Assembly: GCF_004010195.1 (NCBI RefSeq)
Contig: NC_057718.1
Span: 61,946,590 to 61,966,589, forward strand
Direction of reading: 5' to 3'
DNA from: Chiloscyllium plagiosum
Lineage: Eukaryota
Length of the DNA stretch: 20,000 bases
In this document: positions 9,901 to 19,733 of the stretch, in pieces
Layout of the letters: the number at the start of each line of letters is the position of its first letter
Position numbering within the stretch: position 1 is the first letter of the stretch
The notes under the pieces: generated by a model
Seen by the model: the letters and a program-made list of their open reading frames with translations, nothing else
What the model was told of the DNA's origin: nothing
Databases searched by the model: none
Made by a program: the position numbers and the translations under genes

Positions 9901-11334
9901 TCCCTTGAATGCTGAGCTCTTCTGTTAAATCTTGCTTTCTCAAGACTTTTAATTATTTTCAGATTAAAACAAAAGTTAAAACTTTGAAGTTTTTCAAAAA
10001 GTGTATATGACTTCAGTTATATTTTGGTAACTTATAATAATATATTGTAGTTGCAGTTGAATGCAATAGTGTATTTACTTCCTCTGCCTGTAATTTAGTA
10101 TTCAAGTTTCAAACAGTTCTGTGTCTGAAACAATGTTTTCTCCAATATGTTCAATTCTGTATTCTATTTGGCTCATCTCTAATATTTACTTTTGCACGTA
10201 ATATTATTTCTCCTGTAATGCCCTCCTAATATAATTATTCATTTTCTTACTTTAATATTTTTAAGTTTTGCAGTATCTCAATCTGTTGCTGTAATTGCTT
10301 TCCCCTGAAGAGTTTCACTTCTGTAAATAGCAATGCTAGTTTATTTTCTTTCTCTAAGGATTTTAATTCTGTTAAATAGTAATTTAGTATAACTGCATTG
10401 CTTACTGGGATTTTTTCTGTGTTTTTGCATCAAAATGGAGTTTTCACATCTTCACATAGACTAAAAGGATTATTTCTTACCTTTCTTGGCCTTTTAAAAA
10501 ACGTACATCTTTTTCCATGACATCTCCAAATAAAGCCTTGTGCTTAGGGTGTTAATAAATTTTTCATGGCAGAACCACAGTTTAAATTATGGATAACCTG
10601 CTCTAATCACACTCAAAGTTCTTGTAACCATCTTCCTCTGTTAGACTGTTAGCTTTAGCTTTTAAATTGTCACTTTTATCTTCTTAATTCCACTTTGCAA
10701 CACTCCTGATACTATCACCTTCATATAAAGCACTTTGATAACCCTTGATTTCCCTACTCTGGATGCTCCTCATGATATCTATTTATTATGGCAATAATGT
10801 TAATGCTGAACTTTAAGAACCCCTATTTGTACTTCTATCCTTCTCAGCCTGCCTTCTGTGCTAAAAATTCAAAGATTTCCCTCTTAGGGATTTTTAGTTT
10901 TATTCATGAAATTCTGATACCTTCGTTTTCCGTCTGAATGTCTGACTGGAAATGCTCCAACAGATCCTCACTTCCTGATGAAATCTATAACTGTCAGGTA
11001 TAACTAGTCACTAGGCTTTCTCTAGCACATGCTGCTTCTTGCCATATCAGGTCTGAATTAATGCTTTCAGCCTGGAGTGCAGTTTCTCTCTTGTTGGTTT
11101 TTTTATGAGTTCCTGCTGCCTGCTTGTTAGTTAAAGAGCTTGCAGCTGCTGATTGTCTGTATGAATATTTCCTAAAGCTAAAAAATCCATCAAGTCTAAA
11201 AAGTTGTAAACTCAGTTAATCTTCTATAATTACTTCACTTGGGCCTGATGGATTTTTTTTCACTGCTGCACCTTCTGGTATTATGCAATAATTCTCTCTT
11301 TTGATGAATGTGTGATATTTGTGGGCGAAGGTTT

Positions 11335-11343
11335 CTGCCACCA
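11335..11343 (-). promoter_or_regulatory. Putative primer-binding site remnant (TGGTGGCAG, tRNA-Leu-like)
   Basis: Minus-strand TGGTGGCAG lies directly inside the 5' LTR; only 9 nt are recognisable. Confidence 0.45.
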
Positions 11344-11344
11344 C

Positions 11345-11643
11345 TCATCTTGTCTTGATGAGGTCTAATATTTGGTTCACAGCAGGTGATAATCCCTGGT
11401 GAGGAGATGTTCATGTCTTCACAAGATCAAGCATTTTTATGATAACAATTGGGTACAAGTTACATCAGCCAATCAGGTATTGTTAGTAAGATCACTGGGT
11501 GACATAGACCACATATCTGTCCACTTTAAGATTCGGAATTATTCTTCAACCTCTCCATTTCAGACCTTATGACATCGTTAGATTGGCTGGCATTTAATTC
11601 AGTCTTCAACATTAACCTTTTCAAGTCATTAACTTATACAACA
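11345..11643 (-). repeat. 5' LTR of the minus-strand Gypsy element, with its outer end cut by a CR1 insertion
   Basis: Collinear match to 6653-6868; contains CCAAT/ATTGG motifs. Confidence 0.7.
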
Positions 11644-11647
11644 GTTT

Positions 11648-12023
11648 AGAGTCATAGAGTCAAAGAGATGTACAGCATGGAAAAAAAACCTTCTGTCCAA
11701 CTCATCCATGCCGAGCAGATATCCCAACCTGATCTGCTCCACCTGCCAGCACCCCACCCATATCCCTCCAAACCCTTCCTATTCATATACCCATCCAGAT
11801 GCCTTTTAAATGCTGCAATTGTACTAGCCTCCACCACTTCCTCTGGCAGCTCATTCCATACATGCACCATCCTCTGCGTGAAAAAGTTGCCCCTTAGGTT
11901 TCTTTTATATCTTTCCCCTCTCACCCGAAATCTATGCCGTCTAGTTCTGGACACCCCTACCTCAGGGAAAAGACTTTGTCTATTTATCCTATCCATGTCC
12001 TTCATGATTTTATAAACCTCTAT
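11648..12023 (-). mobile_element. 5'-truncated CR1 3' fragment
   Basis: IEVYKIMKDMDR...SRTRRHRFRVRG...FFTQRMVHVWNELPEEVVEA...FKRHLDGYM, with a (ctatgact)n tail at ~11648-11665. Confidence 0.92.
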
Positions 12024-12127
12024 ATTGATTCTCTTGCTCCTCAGATGCTGCCTGACCTGCTGTGCTTTTCCAGCACCACACTTTTTTGACTCTGGTCTCC
12101 AGCATCTGCTGTCCTCACTTTCTCCTA
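12024..12127 (+). mobile_element. PLE terminal (pLTR tail) fragment
   Basis: Homologous to 1247-1346 (gattctc..gctcctcagatgctgcctgacctgctgtgcttttccagcacc...tcctcactttctcct). Confidence 0.85.
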
Positions 12128-12147
12128 GTTGCTTCCCAATCATTTAT

Positions 12148-12310
12148 TCTAATCATTAATATGTATCACAATCAGCAAAGAACCGAAAACTGAACCCTGT
12201 GGAACATCACTGGAAACTTTTCCATTCCTAAAATTGTCAAACATTGCCCTGTATTTCCTGTCACTGAGCCAATTTTAATTCCAATTCACCATATTCCATT
12301 TCAAAATAAT
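12148..12310 (-). mobile_element. Old CR1 RT fragment
   Basis: Minus-strand translation NWLSDRKYRAM...VSSDVPQGSVFGSLLIVIHIND. Confidence 0.8.
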
Positions 12311-12777
12311 ATCTTAAACTCCTGTCTGTTTTCAAGGGCTTAACCTTTTACTTTGGACCAAAGCGTGCAGTGCAAAGTCAACACATGAAATTGGATATTC
12401 ATAGTGTTCTACATGCCCCAGCATATTAATTTTCTGGGAAAATAGGCTTTTATAAAGAAAACTTCCATATTTGCTTTAAACTGCTTACCAACATAAAGGG
12501 AGATCTGAAGAGTACTTTTTGACAATTAAGTAAAGCTATCAATCAAGAAAAAGCTTTCAAATATTCATAGGTTCCCTAACAAGTCAGCAACAAAGCAATT
12601 CACAATTTAGGATACACTCAGGCTGAGTGAATCTTATTTGCAGAACCTTCAATTAAACGACACAAGGCCATTTCTGGTTTTTGTAATTGATGACCTGATA
12701 AAGATCAAGTGCTTTCATCACTTGGCTGGAATTGGCAAGTATTTCTATATTTTCCTTCAGTCTTTTGACAATATCAG

Positions 12778-12960
12778 CAACAACACCAATTTGCATTTTA
12801 CAGTGTTCACGATCTAGTAGGATATTCCAAGGAGCTTTACAGGAGCACGATTCAACAATATTTGATGCCTAGCGACATGAAGAGATATTAGAAGATCAAA
12901 GGTTTGATCATGGAGGTAGGTTTTAACACCTATCTTAAAGAGCATAGAGAAGTTGAGAGC
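12778..12960 (-). mobile_element. Decayed L2-like LINE 3' end
   Basis: caacaacaccaatttgcattt...ccaaggagctttacaggagc...gaggtaggttttaa resembles the reverse complement of L2-type 3' ends; recognised from memory. Confidence 0.5.
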
Positions 12961-13272
12961 TACATATAGGCAGAGTTAGAACTCTCTGGAAGAAAACTGA
13001 GACAGTCTAATCTGGAACTCAACAACCAGCCAAACCAGACTACAACATGGATGCGAACACAAGAAGAATGTAGATTAGCAGTCACTTAATGTAACTGTAA
13101 GTCAGAGACTTGTATATTTATCATTGCCTTGCATAGCAGTGTTTCGTATTAATGTACAATGAATAATGTTACTTTAAAGTCTAAGCTCAAAGGCAGCTCT
13201 TTACCTTTTCTTTGTTTTCAATCTGTCATATTACCAAACTTATAGTATGACATCAAACCACACAATAGAAGA

Positions 13273-13290
13273 TGGTGTCATCTATGGGAT
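13273..13290 (+). promoter_or_regulatory. Putative tRNA-Leu primer-binding site of a second, plus-strand Gypsy element
   Basis: TGGTGTCAtctaTGGGAT matches the tRNA-Leu-complementary PBS TGGTGTCAGAAGTGGGAT at 14/18 nt; plus-strand gag remnants lie downstream. Confidence 0.5.
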
Positions 13291-13524
13291 ACATTGCCTG
13301 GGAAATTGTGACAACAGGTAAGATCCGGAAAGATCAGGAAAGAGATCCAAGATTGTCCCGAGATGTGAAGTGTTTAAAAAAATCTTCTTTTGTCAATGAT
13401 TTGTTGGTGCAGCTTTAAAGGTATCTAAAAGCTCAAAACAAAAAAGGCTCAGAGCTCAGCAGCTGCTGTGAAGGAAATATCTCTGAACAGAAATTTCTTT
13501 CGGATAAACCATCAGAATATGGTA

Positions 13525-13635
13525 GGCCTCAAACATAAAATCGAAAGTAGTGGTAAAGCTCGGCAGGTCTGTCATCCCTGTGGAGAGGGAAACAAAGTTA
13601 ATGTTTCAATTTCAATGATTCTACCTCAGAATGTC
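13525..13635 (-). mobile_element. Old PLE terminal arm with a decayed hammerhead motif
   Basis: ctcggcaggtctg..atccctgtggagag..aaacaaagttaatgtttca..ctcagaa is homologous to 17570-17638. Confidence 0.6.
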
Positions 13636-15029
13636 TTCATACATCTCAAAAAGCCTTTTATAGCCAGCAACAAGGGGAACAAGCTTTTAAGAAGACAACG
13701 AGATCAGTAAAAAATCATTAACAGTTAATGGACAAAAATCCAAATTGAGTACCCGTGTAAAAAGGCAAATTCTCAGACATCCAAAGCAGATTTGATCCCT
13801 TCATGGAAGGGATTTTCATGTGAAAAACAAGGCTGCAAAGCAGAATTATGACTTCTGACAGGGAGTTAATAAATTTCTGAACTACTTATTCAATGACAAA
13901 TTTAACAATATCAATTTAAGGTCACTTTTCAGGCTAAAGAATATAATTGCAAAAGGAAAGTAAAATCAATAGTAAAAGTTATTGTGTGGTTTGATGCCAT
14001 ACTATAAGTTTGGTAATATGACAGACTGAACAAAGAAAAGGTAAAGAATTGCCTTTGGACTTAGACTTCAAAGTAACATTGTTTTTCAACATCAGGGTCA
14101 GTGAAGATAATGACACCTCTATTATTTCAATTATTTGAATAAAAAATTCAACATTTTATTCAACAACTAAGTAATTTTATTGATTTTTGAGTAAAATATG
14201 AAAAGATTAAGAAATACTTTGCAAATCTGATCATTTGGTATTGAATTCATTCTAAAATACTTCAGATGCAGAAGAAATCGGAGCCAACAGAAGTTATTTT
14301 TGATATAAGCAAAACACATTCGAATCATATTGAAGCCAATTTGCTAAGTTTCTACCCATAGATCTTTGAAAAATCCTGCAAACATTTTAAAAAGGAATAT
14401 TTTCAGTTCACCTCTATGACAAAGCTATATTGTTAAAGAAAAACTGAAATTTATTGAAATCAACACTTAAAACAGCATAAAGTTTAACAACGTTTAACAA
14501 CAAAATTCATTACAAAACAAAGTTAAAACAGTCTCAACCAACAAAGAATACACCAAGGTAACAAAATGAGTGTAGAAAGAAAGAGATTAAAATCATAGTA
14601 ATCATCTTCCAAATGTAGAAAATAATTAACAACTTCAAGGGCCCATCAATAGTCAACCAATAGGAAACAAAAAGCATTGATAAAGATTTTTACACAAGAA
14701 ACATCAAGTTTTCAATCCATTTGATAGATCAACAAATTGGCATATGTAGAAAGCCCAATTCCTAAGTTTTCAAAATGTTTCAGCATTGGAAACCAAACTA
14801 AATGCAGAATTGGTAAGCACACTTCTCTATATACAGGAAAAAATTCAAATCATATGTTGGAAATACAACAAATCAATATGAAACAATTTGCAATTTGACA
14901 ACTTCATAATAGGTTTTGAACAATATTTTACTTCAAAAACAAATAAGGCACTGGTGAGATTATGCTTCAATAGTAGGTGTCAACTTCCAGGAAAGCCTGT
15001 GGATAATACATTTAGGTCATTAATGAAAT

Positions 15030-15610
15030 AATCTGAAGCATGAAAATATGGAAACATTCAACAACAGCGCATTTGCAACAGCGATGTTGTTAGCTTCTTA
15101 AACAAGTCAGTCACTGAACTTCTTCAATCAAAAGAAGAAATCAAAATATTTTGGAACCTGGAAATCTGAAATGGAAATTGAAAATGGTGCAGAGACCCAA
15201 GAGTATCTGTGGAGAGAGAAACATGATCCAGTATGACATTTCTCCAGACACAATTATTTGGGACTCCAAAGAAGAGTCATATTGGACTCAAAGTGTTAAG
15301 TTTATTTTTGTCCATAGATGCTGCCAGTCCTACAGTTCCTTCCATTTTCTGTTTTTAATTTGTATATTCATGTCTTGGAACAAAACCTTGAAGAATAGGT
15401 TAACACAGCAAGAGAACAAGCTTAACATGAAAAACAACAACACGTTGATGGACTACTTCATTTTTCAAAATGAATCAAAAGACGATCTTACTCTAGAATA
15501 AGCAGTACAAACTGCAGTGGATGCAGAATGTAGAAAGCTGTTTAAGAAGCATTAGTATGGCAAAAGTGCAATTAATTGCAAAACATTTCACAAAGTATGC
15601 TGCCTACTTA
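15030..15610 (+). pseudogene. Highly decayed Gypsy gag remnant (second element), interrupted by a PLE fold-back
   Basis: KYGNIQQQRICNSDVVSFLNKSVTELLQSKE ... SKDDLTLE*AVQTAVDAE ... YGKSAINCKTFHKVC (decayed zinc knuckle); parallels the gag at 9600-9900. Confidence 0.6.
15139..15370. mobile_element. Old short PLE-derived fold-back element
   Basis: The left arm (ctggaaatctgaaat..atctgtggagagagaaac) is inverted relative to the right arm (gtccatagatgctgcc..ttttctgtttt). The perfect stem GAGTC-atattg-GACTC at 15274-15289 sits in a decayed hammerhead context. Confidence 0.65.
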
Positions 15611-16847
15611 AAGCACAATAACTATCAGACACAGGAAACAGACCTCTCTTCTGAATAATATACATCATCAGCACAAAGTCTAAAGCAATCCAATGCTACA
15701 ACAAGAATCTAGGCAGAAGACCCAGGAGAAGATCCATCCTGACCTGCAAGACCCACTTTTGTGGAAGAGAGTCAGCCTGACACTGGAGAGGAAAGAGATT
15801 CTAATGGCCCAGCTCAAATACATGGGTTGTTACTGGTAATGTCATTTCTCAGACAAATAGAGCTAAATAGAGAGTAAATATTGTGGGAGCTTGGGAAATG
15901 CTCACAAAGCATTTTTAATAAAGAATAGTTTGCGAATAAAATTGAATTGAACTGCACAGCAAATTCTTTGTCCCTTCATTTGCCTGACCAATATCAGCAT
16001 TTGCGTAAGTATTTTAATACATAAACTGGTCAAAGTGTCCAAAGTACAGATAACAGTTGCTTTGAAGTCTAGCCTGAAGAAAGTTCTTGACTTTGCCTTC
16101 ACCTTGACCAGTCTGTCATAACTACAAACTCATAGCGTCTGATTAAACTATATGATAAAAGAAAAACAATGTGAGCAGTTAAAGAGGCAATTAGAGAAAT
16201 CAATTGATTATATATCTCATTTGCCATTTTTAATGGACTCTGTGAGGAATTGCTGTTGAGTTTACATCTGTAATGGTAACTGCATTTAAATGATTTTTAA
16301 TTAGTTCTGAAGTACATGGAGATATTCTGAGGATGTGATAATTGTACCCAGAGAGATAGAATTGAAAAGGTAAGGGCTGGTAAGCAGCAGAACTGTGCAC
16401 ACAAATATGTCAAAATAGTATCTGTTTTCTTTCCCCTTTCAGAAGGTAAATATTCATTGTTGTCTACTGTATCACAGCAGAGAGTTGTCCTTCAGACATT
16501 CTCATATCTCTTAAAACTTGGTTTAGATCAATATTGGTAAAAATCTGCAAACATGTTAAATGTTTGTGTTGGTTAGCCAACCTTAGAGAACCAAGGAGAA
16601 TTTAGAGGGAATTTGTACATATAAATGGAACAAAAAATAAAATACTTCAAATCTTAACTCTGGCTGCAGTACATAAAAACATTATTGAAGGATTAAGGAC
16701 AATTTCTATTTCCCTTGACATCTTGCAGATCTGAATAAATGAAACAAACTGGTCGGTCGTTCACTGATTTTTTTCACCAACGTTCAGCTGCAGTGAAAAA
16801 AATGACAAAAACAGCACAATTATTACCAAAAAACATCCTTCAAAACT

Positions 16848-17520
16848 TAAGCAAAATGTTACAGATGCTGGAAATCTAAAATAAAAATAAATGAGTGCTG
16901 AGAATAAACAAGTTGATATTTTACCCTTAAATAAAAGCACAAAGAAAACCATGGAAATCCTCAGCAGGTCAGGCAGTCTCTATGGAGAGAGAAACAGAAT
17001 TGACATTCCATTTTGATACTTTTCAATTAGAAATGGGAAAAAATAGGGATATAGTATGTTTTGAGCAAATGATGGTTGGGACAAGTACTAAAGGAAGGTC
17101 CACGACAGAGTGAAAAACAGAAGAGATAGAAGAGTTAGTGTCTCAAGGCCAAAGAGAATGATGATGGGATAAGGAAAAAAATAAAAAAATAAATGTGCCA
17201 AGAGCAGGTCTACTGTTGTCTGGAAATAAACATAAGTGAAGGAACCAAAAGAATGCAAAGAAAAGGAAATAAAAAGGAGGGGTGGGGTGGGGACACAGTT
17301 TACAATCTAAAATGAGAAAACTCAACTGAGTGTAGAAGGTTGTAACTGAAAGATGAGATGTTTTTCCTCAAGCTCAGATTGATCTTCACTGGAGCAGTGC
17401 AGCAGGCCAGCAACAAAGATGTCAGCCTGAAAGCAGAGAGGAGAATGAAATGACAAACCATTGGAAACTCCAGATAATGCTTGTGGACTGACCAAAGATA
17501 TTGTTCTGAACAAGGGCATA
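16848..17520 (-). mobile_element. Old PLE 3' remnant (ORF C-terminus plus pLTR)
   Basis: ORF 17322-17549 ends GLLHCSSEDQSELEEKHLIFQLQP, typical of the PLE GIY-YIG C-terminus (R.LEE.HLIF.LGTLQP.GLN). The terminal arm is acagatgctggaaatct..ctcagcaggtcaggcag. Confidence 0.7.
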
Positions 17521-17950
17521 CAGGAGAACCTCACATTTATCTGAAGCAAAAACGGAAATTGCTGGAAAAGTTCAGCAGGTCTGACAGCATCTATGGAGAG
17601 AAATCAGAGTTAATGTTTCAGTGACCCTTCCTCAGAACTGATGGCAGCAAGGAAAACGTTGGATTTTATGCAGAAAATAGGGTGAGAGGAGGAGATAATG
17701 AGTAAATGATAGGTGGAAGTAGAGGCCAAAGAGAGAGAAGAAGAGTTGGACAGACAAAGGAGTAGATAGTGATTGGCCTGGAAGAATGAAAGCTACTAAT
17801 AGGGCCAATTAGTGGCGAACAATAGGTTGTGTGTAATCGCAGATGTGTAAACCATGTGATAACAAGATCTGGTGTGTGGGAGTTGGGTAAGGGCATGAGC
17901 CAAAATTGTTGAACTTGATATTGAGTCCAGAAGGCTGTAGAGTTCCCTAA

Positions 17951-18583
17951 TGGTGTTGCATTTATCTCACAAGAGTTGGAATATAAAAGCAGCAATATGC
18001 TTCTGAGACTTTATAAAGCTCTAGTTAGGCCCCATTTAGAATATTGTGTCCAATTTTGGGCCCCACACCTCAGGAAGAAAGTACTGGCACTGGAGCGTGT
18101 TCAGTGGAGATTCACACACATGATCCCTGGAATGGTAGACCTAACATACGATGAACAACTGAGGATCCTGGGGTTGTTTTATTAAAGTTGAGAAGGTTGA
18201 GGGGAGATCTAATAGAAACATACCAGATAATGCATGGCTTAGAAAGGTGGGCACTGGGAATTTGTTTCTGTTAGGCGGGGAGACTAGGACCCGCGGGCAC
18301 AGCCTTAGAATTAGAGGGGGTCAATTCAGAATGGAAATGAGGAGACATTTCTTCAGCGACAGAGTGGTGGGTCAGTGGAATTCATTACCACAGAGCACAG
18401 TGGAGGTTGGGACATTAAATGTCTTCAAGGCTGAGATTGATAAATTCTTGATCTCGCAAGGAATTAAGGGCTACGAGGAAAGTGCGGATAAATGGAGTTG
18501 AAATGCCGATCAGCCATGATTAAATGGTAGAGTGGACTTGTGAGTTGAATGGCCTTACTTCCACTCCGATGTCTTATGGTTCT
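17951..18583 (+). mobile_element. 5'-truncated CR1 3' fragment nested in the PLE
   Basis: LYKALVRPHLEYCVQFWAPHL...TRTRGHSLRIRG...FFSDRVVGQWNSLP...FKAEIDKFL, ending tcttatggttct. Confidence 0.93.
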
Positions 18584-18682
18584 TTCAGCTTGAGCAGAGC
18601 TTTGCTGGAGCCCTGCAGCAAGACTTACACAGAGATGTTGTCCAGGAACAGGGTGGTGTATTGAAATGTCTAGCTACCATTT

Positions 18683-18718
18683 GTTCTGAGGAAGGGGCAC
18701 TGGACTTGAAATGTTAAC
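18683..18718 (+). ncRNA. Minimal hammerhead ribozyme motif, partly decayed
   Basis: GUU-CUGAGGA-A-GGGGC acug GACUU-GAAA-UGUU-AAC. Stem I is GUU/AAC, the cores are intact and stem II is weakened. Confidence 0.6.
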
Positions 18719-18941
18719 TCTGGTTTCTATCCACAGATGCTGCCAGATCTGCTGAGCTATTCCAGCAATTTCTGCTTTTGTTTCTGATCTCCAGCATCCT
18801 CAGTTCTTTTGGTTTTTATTCAAATCTGTCTGATCTTTCCACAAATGCTAGCAGACATTTTAAGTTTCCAATAATTACTGTTTTTGATTCATAGTAATAA
18901 GTTAAAACAAACTAGAATCAAATAACAGGGCATACCCTGGA

Positions 18942-19364
18942 ATGGAGCCATGTAGACATTTGATAAAACTTTCATTACAATCAGAAGGCTATTTAACGAG
19001 AAGCCAGAAACAAATGTTTCAAATCTTGCAGGTCAAACCAACAGTTAAGGGAAAAACAGGAGAAACAATTAATCCTTTTTTCTGGTGGTTGGTAGAAATG
19101 CCTAACCCAACATGGTGCCCAAGACACGCAGTCAAAGAGGAATGCCTTGAGCTGAATACAGATCAGAGAGAGGGAATTAAGATGAAGATCATATTGGTGG
19201 GACTGAGCCTTTGGGGCCTTGGACACAAGGATGGGATATTAAATATTGAGGACAGAAAGACAGGTATAAAGTCATTTTCATTAACTGAACTAGAGCTGAA
19301 AATAGCACATCGAAATGGTAGCTGGGACCACAGGAGATGCATGCCTTCAGGCAAAGGAAAATAA
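18942..19364 (+). pseudogene. Possible highly decayed Gypsy RNase H region
   Basis: RHAVKEECL...ILVGL....GHKD...KIAHRNG loosely parallels RYA.IEKEAL...YL.GL...TDHKPL...I.H.PG; weak. Confidence 0.35.
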
Positions 19365-19733
19365 GGCAAGTCTTCCTCAATCTGCAGAGGTAGCTGAATA
19401 AGAATACAGATAGCGACAGACACATCAGAATTTATTGCAGCAACATAGGCCAGATTGTCTGGAGAGGTTGAAGATGCACTAGCCTCTCAAATGTAGTCAG
19501 GTAAAAATATATTTAAAACAAACATAAATAAATGTGATGATGTTATAGTAATTAGTAGTGCCGCAAAAGCAACTTTTTAAGAACTTAATCAAAGCTAGCT
19601 TCACAACAAGAAGATATTGGGCTGAATCTTATGATATTTTGGCTGTGTCAATTTTTGATTCATGGCGAGCTTCTATCGGTGAGGCTTAATGAATTTTCTC
19701 ACACTGTCATCCCAAACTTGCCTCATTAAATAC

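Larger units (their letters stand above)
6640..11643 (-). mobile_element. Ancient, near full-length Ty3/Gypsy LTR retrotransposon (5'LTR-PBS-leader-gag-pol-PPT-3'LTR), pseudogenised
   Basis: Direct-repeat LTRs at both ends. Minus-strand gag, RT C-terminus/RNase H and integrase remnants occur in Gypsy order (INT after RH). PBS-like and PPT-like motifs sit at the expected positions. Confidence 0.8.
13162..14083. repeat. Inverted repeat pair, arms 13162-13267 and 13980-14083, with a 712-bp spacer
   Basis: Manual alignment gives 8 mismatches plus one 2-bp indel over ~106 bp. Confidence 0.92.
17544..18820 (-). mobile_element. PLE remnant with inverted terminal arms, split by a CR1 insertion
   Basis: 17544-17650 is inverted relative to ~18670-18785. 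The body at 17900-17950 continues at 18583-18668 (PLE C-terminal coding remnant, homologous to 17315-17450). Confidence 0.78.

Noticed and set aside
10974..11000. CTGATGA as another hammerhead core
   Set aside because: No stem II followed by GAAA and no PLE context.
11652..12143. 163-aa minus-strand ORF as a gene
   Set aside because: Chance read-through of an antisense PLE tail into a CR1 C-terminal fragment.
15151..15501. 116-aa ORF as a gene
   Set aside because: It runs across a non-coding fold-back into a gag remnant and is chimeric by chance.
19615..19733. tgggctgaat-starting segment as a DNA transposon end
   Set aside because: The partner terminus is not in the window, so it cannot be supported.
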